The notes beneath the pieces are model-generated. The model was not told the DNA's origin and ran no database searches. It saw nothing but the letters and a program-made list of their open reading frames with translations. Shown here piece by piece: positions 1 through 11,235 of a stretch of 64,000 nt of DNA. The translations under genes and the position numbers were made by a program. The stretch spans positions 416,001 through 480,000 of the forward strand of contig CAVXGR010000012.1 in assembly GCA_963761335.1 (NCBI GenBank), given 5' to 3'. How positions within the stretch are numbered: the stretch's first letter is position 1; each line of letters begins with the position of its first letter. Origin of the DNA: an uncultured delta proteobacterium. Its GTDB lineage: Bacteria > Desulfobacterota > Binatia > HRBIN30 > BPIQ01.

Positions 1-1267
1 GATTCTGGTCGACGACCTTTCCGGAGACCACGAAGAATCCGTTCTGAAGCGACAGGTCCAACTTGTAGTCCGGCATCTCGTCCGGCATGCCGAGCACCAG
101 CTTCTGCGCCGAGGGTGGAATCCGCCGCGGGAGCTCCATGCGCAGCAGATAGCCGTTCTCGCGCTCCTCGATCGTATAGACCTCGCCGTAGCGACGCTCG
201 CGCTCGAGCTTGTCCTCGAACTCGCCGCCGTGGAAGCCGTCGACGCCGACGGTACCGCGCTGGTCGTCGGGGGGGCTGCCGAGGAGGCGCAGCAGAGGTG
301 CCGCGACGATCGCCAGCGGCAACCCGTACCAGCTGCCGCGGTAGACGATCTCGTCCGCCGGACGCGCCTGCATCAGCCCTTCGCGCAGGCGCCAGATGGC
401 CTCGACGGCCGCCAGGATGACGCCGAGAATGATCAGGCTCCTCAGCTGATTGCTGAACACCGACCTGTCGAGGGCCAGCACCCCGATCACCACCAGAACG
501 ATCGGGTAGATCAGCATGTTGTGGATCACGTTGAGGCCGGTTGCGCCGGCGGCGGAGAAGAAGCGGCTCTCGCCGACGGCGGCCTCGAGTTTCTTCTTCT
601 GCGAGAAAGGCAACGCACCGAGCAGCGGCATGCCGAGAGCGACGACCCACTTTCCAAAGCGCGAATGCGAGCGCGGTGGCCCGCCGACCTGCGCCAGGGC
701 GTCCTCGAATGAACCCTCGACCTCGGCAGCGAACGGCCGCGCCGGGGGCGGCGCGGAGACCAGCTGCAGGGAGGGCCGTGGAGGTGACAGGGGCCGCTCG
801 ACGCGACCGGGCGCCCGCACCACCGCGGCCGCCGGGGCGGCCGCCGCGACAGCCGGCGCCGCCGCAGCCGCAGCCGCTGGAGCCGGCGCCGCCGCGGCAG
901 GAGCGACCGCAGCCGCTGGAGCGCCCGCGGCCCCTTCGCCCCGAAAGCGCGAAGGGAATTCGGCGACAAAGGACTCCTCCGGGTGCAGGACGCGCGCCCG
1001 GGCGATGAGGACTTCTTCGCTCTCAGGGATGTCGGGATTGGGGACGCAGCAATCCACCGGGCAAACAGCGGCGCAGGCTTCGTGATCGTAGAAGCCGACG
1101 CATTCGGTGCACTTCTCGGGGACGATGTAGAAGATATCGGTGGAAATGGCGCCGTGCTTCTCGCCGTTCAGCTCCCAGTCCACCCCACCCTGGTATATTG
1201 CCGTGTTGGGGCACTCGGGCTCGCAGGCCCCGCAGTTGATGCATTCCGAGGTGATCATCGTCGCCAT
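1..1267 (-). CDS. YfhL-type 2x[4Fe-4S] ferredoxin fused to Ala/Pro linker, membrane segments and a beta-rich C-terminal domain (partial, runs off window)
   Basis: Manual translation from ATG at 1267 (GGAG upstream): [21 protein letters not shown]...[23 protein letters not shown]. The frame stays open to position 2; absent from the ORF track because there is no stop in the window. Confidence 0.85.
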   Translation of the reverse strand, partial: MATMITSECINCGACEPECPNTAIYQGGVDWELNGEKHGAISTDIFYIVPEKCTECVGFYDHEACAAVCPVDCCVPNPDIPESEEVLIARARVLHPEESFVAEFPSRFRGEGAAGAPAAAVAPAAAAPAPAAAAAAAPAVAAAAPAAAVVRAPGRVERPLSPPRPSLQLVSAPPPARPFAAEVEGSFEDALAQVGGPPRSHSRFGKWVVALGMPLLGALPFSQKKKLEAAVGESRFFSAAGATGLNVIHNMLIYPIVLVVIGVLALDRSVFSNQLRSLIILGVILAAVEAIWRLREGLMQARPADEIVYRGSWYGLPLAIVAAPLLRLLGSPPDDQRGTVGVDGFHGGEFEDKLERERRYGEVYTIEERENGYLLRMELPRRIPPSAQKLVLGMPDEMPDYKLDLSLQNGFFVVSGKVVDQN

Positions 1268-1302
1268 GGCTGATCTCCGAAGCGCAGGTCTTTATCCCAA
1301 TT

Positions 1303-1332
1303 TGTTTAACGGTTCAGGCGCCAAAGTGTCAA
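1303..1332 (-). promoter_or_regulatory. putative sigma70 promoter of the ferredoxin fusion gene
   Basis: TTGACA-18-TAAACA. Confidence 0.45.
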
Positions 1333-1399
1333 CGCGTCCCGGGGACCGCCGTGGCTTCGCGGGGGGAGACGCCACAGGCGGCCCGCCGGGCGACCACCT

Positions 1400-3454
<2,055 letters not shown>

Positions 3455-3785
3455 GCGCCGCTCCCTTTGGGGCTCCGGCCGCCCGCGCTCTGTGCGCCGG
3501 CGGCGAGCCATGAATAAGTCGCTTCCTATTGCAAAAGCGGCCGGGAAACACAATCGCTCTGTCCCGCCGGAGCCACGTGCCGCCACCGCTCAACACACCG
3601 CCGGCTCTTTGCTTGACAGCGGCCGCGGAGCGCCTTCAGGGGCCTCAGCGTTTTCCCCTTTTCAAATGTGTGCCACTTGTCACATCGCCGATTTTATGTC
3701 ATGGAGAAAAGAGAGCTGCCGAAACAAAAGGGCAAGGTGCCCTCGATGAGTTCGGCGTTTGGATCGAAAGGAAGGAGGTGACCTT

Positions 3786-4037
3786 ATGCGGTTGAGGATT
3801 CGGTCGCAGGTCGCGGCGAGTGTGATGGCGCTGCTTTTGGTTGGCGCGGTTTCGGGTTGTGCGACGAAGAAGCCCGAAGACGGAATGGCGGCGCGTATCG
3901 AAGCAGCTTCCAGCAGAGCAGAGGCCGCGGCCAACAAGGCTGAAGCCGCTGCGAGGGCCGCCGCTGACGCTGCACAGAGAGCCGAGGCTGCGGCCAACAA
4001 GGCCGAGGCATTGTTCACCAAGAGCGTCAGGAAGTAG
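3786..4037 (+). CDS. small alanine-zipper lipoprotein (Lpp/OprI-like), copy 1
   Basis: AGGAGGT SD, lipobox VSG-C, AEAAANK heptads, C-terminal KSVRK. Confidence 0.8.
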   Translation: MRLRIRSQVAASVMALLLVGAVSGCATKKPEDGMAARIEAASSRAEAAANKAEAAARAAADAAQRAEAAANKAEALFTKSVRK

Positions 4038-4057
4038 CTGACGAAGAAACCACTGAA

Positions 4058-4091
4058 CAAAAGAGGCGATCCGCCGGGGTCGCCTCTTTTG
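4058..4091. terminator. intrinsic terminator, possibly bidirectional
   Basis: CAAAAGAGGCGATCC-GCCG-GGGTCGCCTCTTTTG stem-loop with A and T tracts. Confidence 0.75.
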
Positions 4092-4124
4092 CATTGGACG
4101 CCGGCAACTAGCTCGGAGGTAGAC

Positions 4125-4385
4125 ATGCGAACATCGATCCGTACACGCTTTGTCCTCGGGATCACCTGCGCGGCTCTCGCCGCCTCGACATTCGGCTGCG
4201 CGGCGAAGAAGGAGCCTGACTACAGCCAGGCGGCAGCGCGCGTCGAAGCCGCGGCAAACCGCACCGAGGCAGCCGCGAACAAAGCCGAGGCAGCCGCCAA
4301 GGCGGCCGCCGATGCAGCGGCCCGCGCCCAGGCAGCGGCAGCAAAGGCCGAAGCGCGATTCAGCCACTCGATGTACAAGAAGTAG
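4125..4385 (+). CDS. small alanine-zipper lipoprotein (Lpp/OprI-like), copy 2
   Basis: GGAGGT SD, lipobox TFG-C, EAAANK/EAAANR heptads, C-terminal MYKK. Confidence 0.8.
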   Translation: MRTSIRTRFVLGITCAALAASTFGCAAKKEPDYSQAAARVEAAANRTEAAANKAEAAAKAAADAAARAQAAAAKAEARFSHSMYKK

Positions 4386-4399
4386 GCCCGAACACACCC

Positions 4400-4432
4400 G
4401 AGCCTGACGGCGCAGCGCGCGCCGTCAGGCTC
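4400..4432. terminator. 14-bp inverted repeat between convergent genes
   Basis: GAGCCTGACGGCGC-N5-GCGCCGTCAGGCTC; no U-tract. Confidence 0.5.
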
Positions 4433-5501
4433 ACCCGGGACGATCGGAAGCTGCAGAGACGGTTCCCGCGTCGCGATCCGTCATGGTCACCAGCACTTTC
4501 AGCGCCGACCGGTCGGTCGCGGCGACCTCGTAGGCCTTACCCGCGTCCACCAGTGGAAAGCGGTGGGTGACCAGGTGCGCGGCGCGTACCACCCCGCGGG
4601 CGATCAGATCCAGCGCCAGCCGCGTATCCGGCGGCCCGCACGAGTAGCTCGGCACCAGGCGCAGCTCGCGGAAGTAGTAGTCGAAGGTGTCGAGCGTCAG
4701 GCGCGCCTCGGGAGGCGTGCCCATGAACTGCACCACCGTTCCACCGCGCGCAGCGCAGCCCAGCCCCAGCTCGAGTGCCTCGACGGTCGCGGGTCCGGCG
4801 ATGACAACCTCGGCCCCCGCCCCGCCGGTGGCCGCCCGCACCGCCTCGCGCACGTCGTGCCGCGAGGCGTCGACACCGAGGTCGGCGCCGAGCTCGACGG
4901 CGCGCCGGCAGCGCGCCTCGATCAGATCGGCGCCAATCACCTGCGCGGCGCCGGCGTGTCGCGCCAGCAGTACGTGCAGCTGCCCCATGACACCGAGACC
5001 GATGATCAGCACCGAGGCTCCGCGGACCTCGCCGGCGCGCCGCAGCGACTTGACCACGCACGCCGTGGGCTCGACCAGGGCGGCGTCTTCGTAACCGACC
5101 TCGTCCGGCAGCGGCAGGGTGTCGCCCCGCAAGTTGACCTCGGGCACCAGGAAGTACTCCGCCATCCCCCCGGGCACGATGTGCGACTGCTTCCATGTGG
5201 GACACTGGACGAACTCACCGCGCCGGCAAGCGCCGCACTGAAAGCACGGGGCGTGGTGGTGGACGAAGACGCGCTGCCCAATCGCAAAGCCGCTCACCCC
5301 AGCGCCGAGGTCGACGATCTCTCCCGCCGGCTCGTGCCCGAAGACCAGGGGCGCCTTCTTGCGGATGTACCAGGCGACGACGTCGCCGGAGCACACGCCG
5401 CAGGCACGCGCCCGCACCAGCGCTTGACCGGGCCCGACACGCGGCATCGGCTCCTCCTCGATGCGAACGTCCAGGTAGTCGTAAAGCCGTGCGACCTTCA
5501 T
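4431..5501 (-). CDS. Zn-dependent MDR dehydrogenase (sorbitol/threonine dehydrogenase-like)
   Basis: GVCSGD, GHE, CxxCxxC-x7-C structural Zn site, GLGVMG Rossmann motif. Confidence 0.85.
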   Translation of the reverse strand: MKVARLYDYLDVRIEEEPMPRVGPGQALVRARACGVCSGDVVAWYIRKKAPLVFGHEPAGEIVDLGAGVSGFAIGQRVFVHHHAPCFQCGACRRGEFVQCPTWKQSHIVPGGMAEYFLVPEVNLRGDTLPLPDEVGYEDAALVEPTACVVKSLRRAGEVRGASVLIIGLGVMGQLHVLLARHAGAAQVIGADLIEARCRRAVELGADLGVDASRHDVREAVRAATGGAGAEVVIAGPATVEALELGLGCAARGGTVVQFMGTPPEARLTLDTFDYYFRELRLVPSYSCGPPDTRLALDLIARGVVRAAHLVTHRFPLVDAGKAYEVAATDRSALKVLVTMTDRDAGTVSAASDRPG

Positions 5502-5513
5502 GGCCTCACGCCC

Positions 5514-6587
5514 TCACGGAATCACCGCGTACTTCACCCCTTCGCCCAGATGGTGCCGGTGTAGGGCCTCCCCGAGACTCTCGAGCGGAAACTCACGGGT
5601 GATCAGCGGCCGGCCGTCCACCATACCCGTCTCCAGCATCTCCTTGGCACGGCGCACGGCTCGCGGAGTGAAGTGGAAGGGGCTGACCAGGCGGATCTGG
5701 TCGTAGTGCAGGCGTCCGGTCTCGTAGCTGACCCGGGAGCCCGCCGGGCAACCACCGAAGAGAACGACCCAGCCGCCACGCCGCGCCAGAGAAGGCGCCG
5801 TCGCCCACACGTCGGTCTGACCGGTGCACTCGATGACGATGTCGGCACCGCGACCTTCCGTTGACTCGACCACCGCATCCCGCGCCGCGGCGATGCCGCC
5901 GGCGAGGGCGCTCCGGGCTCCCAGCCCGAGGGCCCTGGCGACGCGCGCTTCGCCGCGGCCGATGACGGCGATGTCGCGCGCCCCCATGGCGCGCAAGGCG
6001 AGCAGGTGCAGCAAGCTGATGGCGCCGGCGCCGATGATGATCACCGAGCTGTCCGGCCGTACCGGCACCATCTCGAGGCCGTGCACCACGCAGGCGAGCG
6101 GCTCGAGCAGGGCGGCCTCGGCGAAGCCGAGCTGCGCGGGCTTGGGGAAGAGGTTGGTGCGCACCACGCGAGCCGGGAGGCGCACGAACTCGCCGAAGCC
6201 GCCGAGGGCGTACTCCTCCATGATCGTCTCGCAGAGGTTCTCGTCTCCATGCCGGCAGTAGTAACACTGCCCGCAGGGACCCGTCGGAACGGCCATCACC
6301 GCATCGCCCGGGCGCACGCCCTTGACGCCGGCGCCGACCTCGGCAACTTCGCCGGCGTACTCATGGCCGAACAGGGTCGGCGTCGGAAACTTCGGATGGC
6401 CGCGCAGGAAGGTCTTGAGATCCGTGCCGCAGGTCAGAGCGGCGCGCACCCGGAGGACGACCTCGCCGGCCGCCGGCCGCGGCCGCTCCACCTCCACTAG
6501 CTCAATCCGACCCGGACTGAGCAGAAGCTGGGCGCGCATCCGTGGACCGGCAGCCACGCCCGAAATCTCGACGCCCGCTGCGCTCAT
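5514..6587 (-). CDS. Zn-dependent MDR dehydrogenase
   Basis: LTCGTD, GHE, CGQCYYC-x7-C, GAGAI motif. Confidence 0.85.
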   Translation of the reverse strand: MSAAGVEISGVAAGPRMRAQLLLSPGRIELVEVERPRPAAGEVVLRVRAALTCGTDLKTFLRGHPKFPTPTLFGHEYAGEVAEVGAGVKGVRPGDAVMAVPTGPCGQCYYCRHGDENLCETIMEEYALGGFGEFVRLPARVVRTNLFPKPAQLGFAEAALLEPLACVVHGLEMVPVRPDSSVIIIGAGAISLLHLLALRAMGARDIAVIGRGEARVARALGLGARSALAGGIAAARDAVVESTEGRGADIVIECTGQTDVWATAPSLARRGGWVVLFGGCPAGSRVSYETGRLHYDQIRLVSPFHFTPRAVRRAKEMLETGMVDGRPLITREFPLESLGEALHRHHLGEGVKYAVIP

Positions 6588-6710
6588 GCGCTAGCCGTAT
6601 ACGCGGCCCCCCAGCGTGTCAAGAAAGCGTCCGTGCACGGCCGCATCGCCCCCCGGCACTGGCTGGAAACGGATCTTCGACGCTGACGCGGCCGCGCAAC
6701 CCGATACCGC

Positions 6711-8141
6711 TCAGCGGCCGCGGCGCCGCCGTTTGTCGGCGGACGGTCGCCGAGCGCGCTCCGTCCGGGGAGCCTCGTGACGGGCCCGGTAGGAGATCCG
6801 CAGCGGCGTACCGCTGAACTCGAACGACGACCGCAGGCAGTGCTGCAGATAGCGAGTGTATGCCACCGGCACCAGGCTGGGAGCACTGCAGAAGAGAGCG
6901 AAGGTGGGAGGCCGGACGCTCGTCTGCACGGCGTACTGGAAGGTCGGGCGTTTGCCGCGCACGGATGGCGGCATGGTGCCGCGGGTGGCGGCGTTGATCA
7001 CCTGGTTCAGCTTCGACGTCTGCACCTGCCGGCGGTGGTTTCGCGCCACCCGCGCCACCGTCGGCAGCACCTTGGCCAGCCCCTCCCCGGTCACCGCCGA
7101 GACGAACAGAATGGGCACGTCCTCGAGGGACCGATACTGGTGACGCACCTCCGACTCGAGGCGCGCCGCGGCGCGGCGCACGCCTTCGGCGAGGTCGCTC
7201 TTGTTGACGACCACCACCAGGCCGCGGCCGCGCTCCCAGGCGTAGCTGGCGATGCGGGCGTCCTGATCGGCCATGCCGTCGGCGGCGGAGACCACCAGGA
7301 CCGCCACCTCGCAGCGCTCCAGGGCCCGCAGCGCCCGGGCGACGCTGGCCTTCTCGAGCGATTCCTGAAGCCGCGGCCGCCGGCGCATTCCGGCGGTGTC
7401 GACCAGCACATAGGCCTGGCCGTCGTGGGTGAAGGGGGTATCGATGGCGTCGCGCGTGGTGCCGGGAAGCGGGGTGACGATCGAGCGCTCGAATCCCAGA
7501 AGGCGGTTCGCGAGAGATGACTTGCCGACGTTGGGGCGGCCGACGATGGCCACCGAGATGGCTTCGCCGGCGGCGCCGCCGGCAGGCTCCTCTGCGACCT
7601 CGGGCTCCGCCGTCGCCGGCAGACCCTCCAGCACCTCTTCCAGCAGATCGCCGACGCCGCGGCCGTGGGCCGCCGATATCGCCACGACCCGATCCACACC
7701 GAGGGCGAAGAAATCGGCGGCATCGTCGTCGAGGCCCGGCGTATCGAGCTTGTTGACCGCGACCCAGAAGGGCTTTCGCGACTGGCGCAGGCGCGCCAGG
7801 ACATCGGCGTCGGCGGGCGACACACCGGCGCGCCCGTCGACCAAGAGGATGACGGCGTCGGCCTCCTCGATCGCCTGCTGGCTCTGCAGGCGCACCTCAC
7901 TGTCGATCTCCTCGGCACCGCCGCTGGCTTCGAGTCCGCCGGTGTCCACCAGAGTGAAGCGACGGCCGTCGACCTCGACTGCGGCGATGTTCCGGTCGCG
8001 GGTCACACCGGGCTCCGCGTGCACGAGGGCGCGCCGCGAGTGGGTGAGTCGATTGAACAGCGTCGATTTGCCCGCGTTCGGGCGGCCGACGATGGCGATC
8101 ACCGGCGACCGATGCGATGCTTCGGACACCGGGCCAATCAC
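6711..8141 (-). CDS. der: ribosome biogenesis GTPase Der (EngA)
   Basis: Two G domains (GRPNAGKS/DTGG/NKLD; GRPNVGKS/DTAG/NKSD) plus C-terminal KH-like domain; GTG start at 8141 (GTGA overlap) or 8129. Confidence 0.95.
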   Translation of the reverse strand: MIGPVSEASHRSPVIAIVGRPNAGKSTLFNRLTHSRRALVHAEPGVTRDRNIAAVEVDGRRFTLVDTGGLEASGGAEEIDSEVRLQSQQAIEEADAVILLVDGRAGVSPADADVLARLRQSRKPFWVAVNKLDTPGLDDDAADFFALGVDRVVAISAAHGRGVGDLLEEVLEGLPATAEPEVAEEPAGGAAGEAISVAIVGRPNVGKSSLANRLLGFERSIVTPLPGTTRDAIDTPFTHDGQAYVLVDTAGMRRRPRLQESLEKASVARALRALERCEVAVLVVSAADGMADQDARIASYAWERGRGLVVVVNKSDLAEGVRRAAARLESEVRHQYRSLEDVPILFVSAVTGEGLAKVLPTVARVARNHRRQVQTSKLNQVINAATRGTMPPSVRGKRPTFQYAVQTSVRPPTFALFCSAPSLVPVAYTRYLQHCLRSSFEFSGTPLRISYRARHEAPRTERARRPSADKRRRRGR

Positions 8142-9577
8142 GCCGGCGGCGGCTTGCGCGCTACCGCCAGCAGCGACAGACCGCGCTTGCGCGGAAAGCG
8201 CTCTTCCAGTCGGAGAAGAGGAACCATGCGATCGCTCAGCCAGCTCTGGAACCCGGGGAGCGAACGACGCTTGAGAAGGCGCGAGTTGAGGTACCACGCG
8301 GCGGCGGCGGCGGCGTTCATGAAGGTCACCTCCTCGACCCCGAAGCCGGCGTCGCGCAGGCGCTGCTCCAGCTCATCGCGCTCGTAGCGGCGCAGATTGC
8401 CGATGGCCTCGTCGATGCTGCCGTAGAGCGCCCTCATCGCCGGCACCATGACGATCAGTCGCCCTCCCGGCTCGAGGCTCTGATAGAGCCGCCGCAGAGC
8501 CCCGAGATCGTCCTCCAGACGCTCGAGGACGTTCAGGCAGAGGACCGTGTCGAACTCTCCCGGGGTAATGTGCGGATCGTCGCTCTCCAAATCGATGGCG
8601 CGCAGCTCCAGCTTGGAGTCCTCCCCGAAAGTGGTGCGCAGCATCCGCAGGTACCACTCGTCGGTATCGGAAATGACCACCTTCTCTCGGGTGAGCAGAT
8701 ACGGGGTGAGGTTCGAGGCTCCCGCTGAGAGCTCGAGAACCCGTTCGCCGATGTAGCCCTTCACCTTCGCCCATACCCAGGCGTTGTAGCGGTACATGCG
8801 GTCGAGCCGCTGCAGCGCCGCATAGCTCGGATGGTTGGCGGTGCGGCCGCGGTCGAAGGCACATCGGAGGATGGTCCACACCGCCTCGAAGCCGTCTTTC
8901 CACCCGATCTTCTTCCCCTGCCAGTAGCTGCGGCCGCTGTAGGAGATCGGCAGCTCGTAGATGCGCGCCCGCATGCGCCCGAGCTTCGCCGTCACCTCCG
9001 GCTCGAAGCCGAAGCGCTCCGACGAGAGCGGGATGTTCTTGATCACGTCGGCGCGAAAGGCCTTGGCTCCCGTCTCCATGTCGGTGAGGTTCAGGTCGGT
9101 GAACATGTTCGACAGCAGCGTCAGAAGCTTGTTGCCGATCATGTGCCAGAAGAAGAGAACCCGGTGCGTGGAGCCGAGGAAGCGGGAGCCGTAGACGGCG
9201 TCGGCGCGACCGTCGATGATGGGGGCGATGAGGACCGGGTACTCCGCAGGGTCGTATTCCAGGTCGGCGTCCTGGATACAGACGATGTCGCCGGCGACGG
9301 CCCCGAAGCCAGTGGCCAGCGCCGCTCCCTTGCCGCGGTTCTCCGGCTGCAAAATGACGCGCAAGGTATTCGGCTGCGGACCGGGAAGACCCTGGCGCTC
9401 GATCTCGGCGAGCAGCTTGCGCGTCGCATCGGTCGAGCCGTCGTCGACGACGATGATCTCCTTCCGCAGGGGCACCGCCGACACGCGCCGCAGGATCTCG
9501 CGAATGGTGGCCGCCTCGTTGTAGACCGGCATGACCACCGACAGCAGCGGCGCTTCGTTTTGACTGGTCTCGTTCAC
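8138..9577 (-). CDS. GT2 glycosyltransferase fused to class I SAM methyltransferase-like domain
   Basis: MPVYNE, DDGSTD, QDADLEY, DMETG, FGFEPE motifs; C-terminal VLELSAG...FDTVLCLNVLE. Confidence 0.85.
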   Translation of the reverse strand: MNETSQNEAPLLSVVMPVYNEAATIREILRRVSAVPLRKEIIVVDDGSTDATRKLLAEIERQGLPGPQPNTLRVILQPENRGKGAALATGFGAVAGDIVCIQDADLEYDPAEYPVLIAPIIDGRADAVYGSRFLGSTHRVLFFWHMIGNKLLTLLSNMFTDLNLTDMETGAKAFRADVIKNIPLSSERFGFEPEVTAKLGRMRARIYELPISYSGRSYWQGKKIGWKDGFEAVWTILRCAFDRGRTANHPSYAALQRLDRMYRYNAWVWAKVKGYIGERVLELSAGASNLTPYLLTREKVVISDTDEWYLRMLRTTFGEDSKLELRAIDLESDDPHITPGEFDTVLCLNVLERLEDDLGALRRLYQSLEPGGRLIVMVPAMRALYGSIDEAIGNLRRYERDELEQRLRDAGFGVEEVTFMNAAAAAAWYLNSRLLKRRSLPGFQSWLSDRMVPLLRLEERFPRKRGLSLLAVARKPPPA

Positions 9578-10485
9578 AAGCCGAACTCCTTGAGCATACC
9601 GACATTCGCCGTCCAGCCCTCCTGCACGCGCACGAAGAGCTCCAGGTAGACTCGACGCCCCAGCAACCGCTCGATCTCGCCTCTGGCCTTCTGCCCGATG
9701 CGCTTCAGGCGCGCTCCGCCCTTGCCGATGACGATCGGCTTCTGCAGCGGGCGATTCACGTGAATCGCCGCCTTGATCACCACCAGGTCCCGCCCTTCCC
9801 TCTCCTCGAACGACTCGATGGTCACCGCCACCGAGTACGGCACCTCGTCGCGGGTCTCCAGGAGAATCTGCTCGCGAATGAGCTCGGCGGCCAGCAGCCG
9901 CTCGCTCTCGTCGGTGAGCATGTCCGCGGAGTAGTGCGGCGGCCCCTCCGGCAGACGCGCGATCACCGCATCCAGCAGGCGGTCCACCCCCTCGCCGGTG
10001 CGGGCGCTGATCGGCACGATGTCGCTTTCGGGAAGCCGCCTGGAGATCTCGGCGATCAGCGGCAGCAGGTGCGGCTTATCGATGAGATCGATCTTGTTGA
10101 GGGCCACACAGAGCGGCTTCCTCTGCTCCATCAACGGCTGCATCACCCGCTCATCACCACCGCGGTGCCGGCGGGCCTCGGCGGTGTCGATCATCCAGAT
10201 CAGCACGTCGGCATCTTCCAGCGCCGCCTTCGCCGCATCCACCATGCGGCGGTTGAGCAGGTCGCGGGCCTCATGGATCCCGGGAGTGTCCAGCAGGACC
10301 AGCTGCGCCTCCGCGGTCGTGCGCACACCAAGAATGCGGCGCCGCGTGGTCTGCGGCTTGGGGCTGACGATCGAGATCTTCTGACCCAGCAGGAGGTTCA
10401 GCAGTGTGGACTTGCCACAGTTCGGCCGGCCGGCGAGGGCGACGAGCCCGGCGCGATGACAGGCCACGGGAACGGCATTTGGCAT
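9574..10485 (-). CDS. era: GTPase Era
   Basis: GRPNCGKST, PQTTR, DTPG, NKID, KH domain VIGKGG; start trimmed to ATG 10485. Confidence 0.95.
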   Translation of the reverse strand: MPNAVPVACHRAGLVALAGRPNCGKSTLLNLLLGQKISIVSPKPQTTRRRILGVRTTAEAQLVLLDTPGIHEARDLLNRRMVDAAKAALEDADVLIWMIDTAEARRHRGGDERVMQPLMEQRKPLCVALNKIDLIDKPHLLPLIAEISRRLPESDIVPISARTGEGVDRLLDAVIARLPEGPPHYSADMLTDESERLLAAELIREQILLETRDEVPYSVAVTIESFEEREGRDLVVIKAAIHVNRPLQKPIVIGKGGARLKRIGQKARGEIERLLGRRVYLELFVRVQEGWTANVGMLKEFGL

Positions 10486-10587
10486 CCCGTTAGTGATAAT
10501 ACGCCCGGCGAGGCTGGGCAAACCGCAGTGCGAACCAGCCGCCCAGATTGCCTGCCGCCCGCCGCTCCTGATATACCCCCGCACGAC

Positions 10588-11235
10588 ATGCAAACCGAGC
10601 TGGAGGCGATATTTCGTGCCAGCATCGCCGCCAAGGAGCAGTTTTTGCAGCAGAATGGCACGGCGCTGGAGCGGGTCATCCGCCGCCTCGCCAAGGCCCT
10701 TGACGCGGGCAACAAGCTGCTCCTCTTCGGTAACGGTGGCAGCGCCGCCGACGCCCAGCACATCGCCGCCGAGCTGGTCGGACGCTTTCGCATCGACCGC
10801 CGCCCATTGCCCGCCATTGCGCTCACCACCGACACCTCGGCGCTCACCAGCATCGCCAACGACTTCGGCTACGCCGAGGTGTTCGCCAAGCAGGTGCAGG
10901 CTCTCGCCCGCAGGGGTGACGTCGCCATCGCCCTGTCGACCAGCGGCAACTCCGAGAGCATCCTGCGGGCCGTGCAGGCATGCCGCACCGCCCGGGTCCA
11001 CACCGTCGGCCTGACCGGAGGCACGGGGGGCAAGCTCGGCAAGCTGGTCGACGATCATCTCAACGTCGGCGGCACGACGGAGACGGCGCGCATTCAGGAG
11101 ACCCACATCCTCGTCGGTCACGCGATATGCGACATGGTCGACCGGATCCTCTTCGGCAGCGCTCCTCGGCGCCCGCCGAAGCCCGGGCGGCGACCGGGCT
11201 CCGGCGGGCGCCGGCGCCGGGCGATCAGCGGATGA
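10588..11235 (+). CDS. gmhA: D-sedoheptulose 7-phosphate isomerase
   Basis: GNGGSAADAQH, NDFGY, STSGNS, IQETHI motifs; start trimmed to ATG 10588. Confidence 0.95.
   Translation: MQTELEAIFRASIAAKEQFLQQNGTALERVIRRLAKALDAGNKLLLFGNGGSAADAQHIAAELVGRFRIDRRPLPAIALTTDTSALTSIANDFGYAEVFAKQVQALARRGDVAIALSTSGNSESILRAVQACRTARVHTVGLTGGTGGKLGKLVDDHLNVGGTTETARIQETHILVGHAICDMVDRILFGSAPRRPPKPGRRPGSGGRRRRAISG

Noticed and set aside
820..935. GCC/GCG-rich quasi-repeat as a tandem repeat or CRISPR
   Set aside because: It encodes the Ala/Pro linker of the ferredoxin fusion; no repeat-spacer pattern
3666..3685. ATGTG-N10-CACAT palindrome as a CRP/FNR site between hppA and the lipoproteins
   Set aside because: Spacing and bases do not fit TGTGA-N6-TCACA; too short to support alone
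3900..4350. Repeated GAGGCnGCGGCCAACAAGGC units as a DNA repeat element
   Set aside because: Explained by the coding heptads of the lipoproteins
9574..11235. Apparent long overlap of era and gmhA ORFs
   Set aside because: Over-extended starts; trimmed genes are divergent with a 102-bp gap
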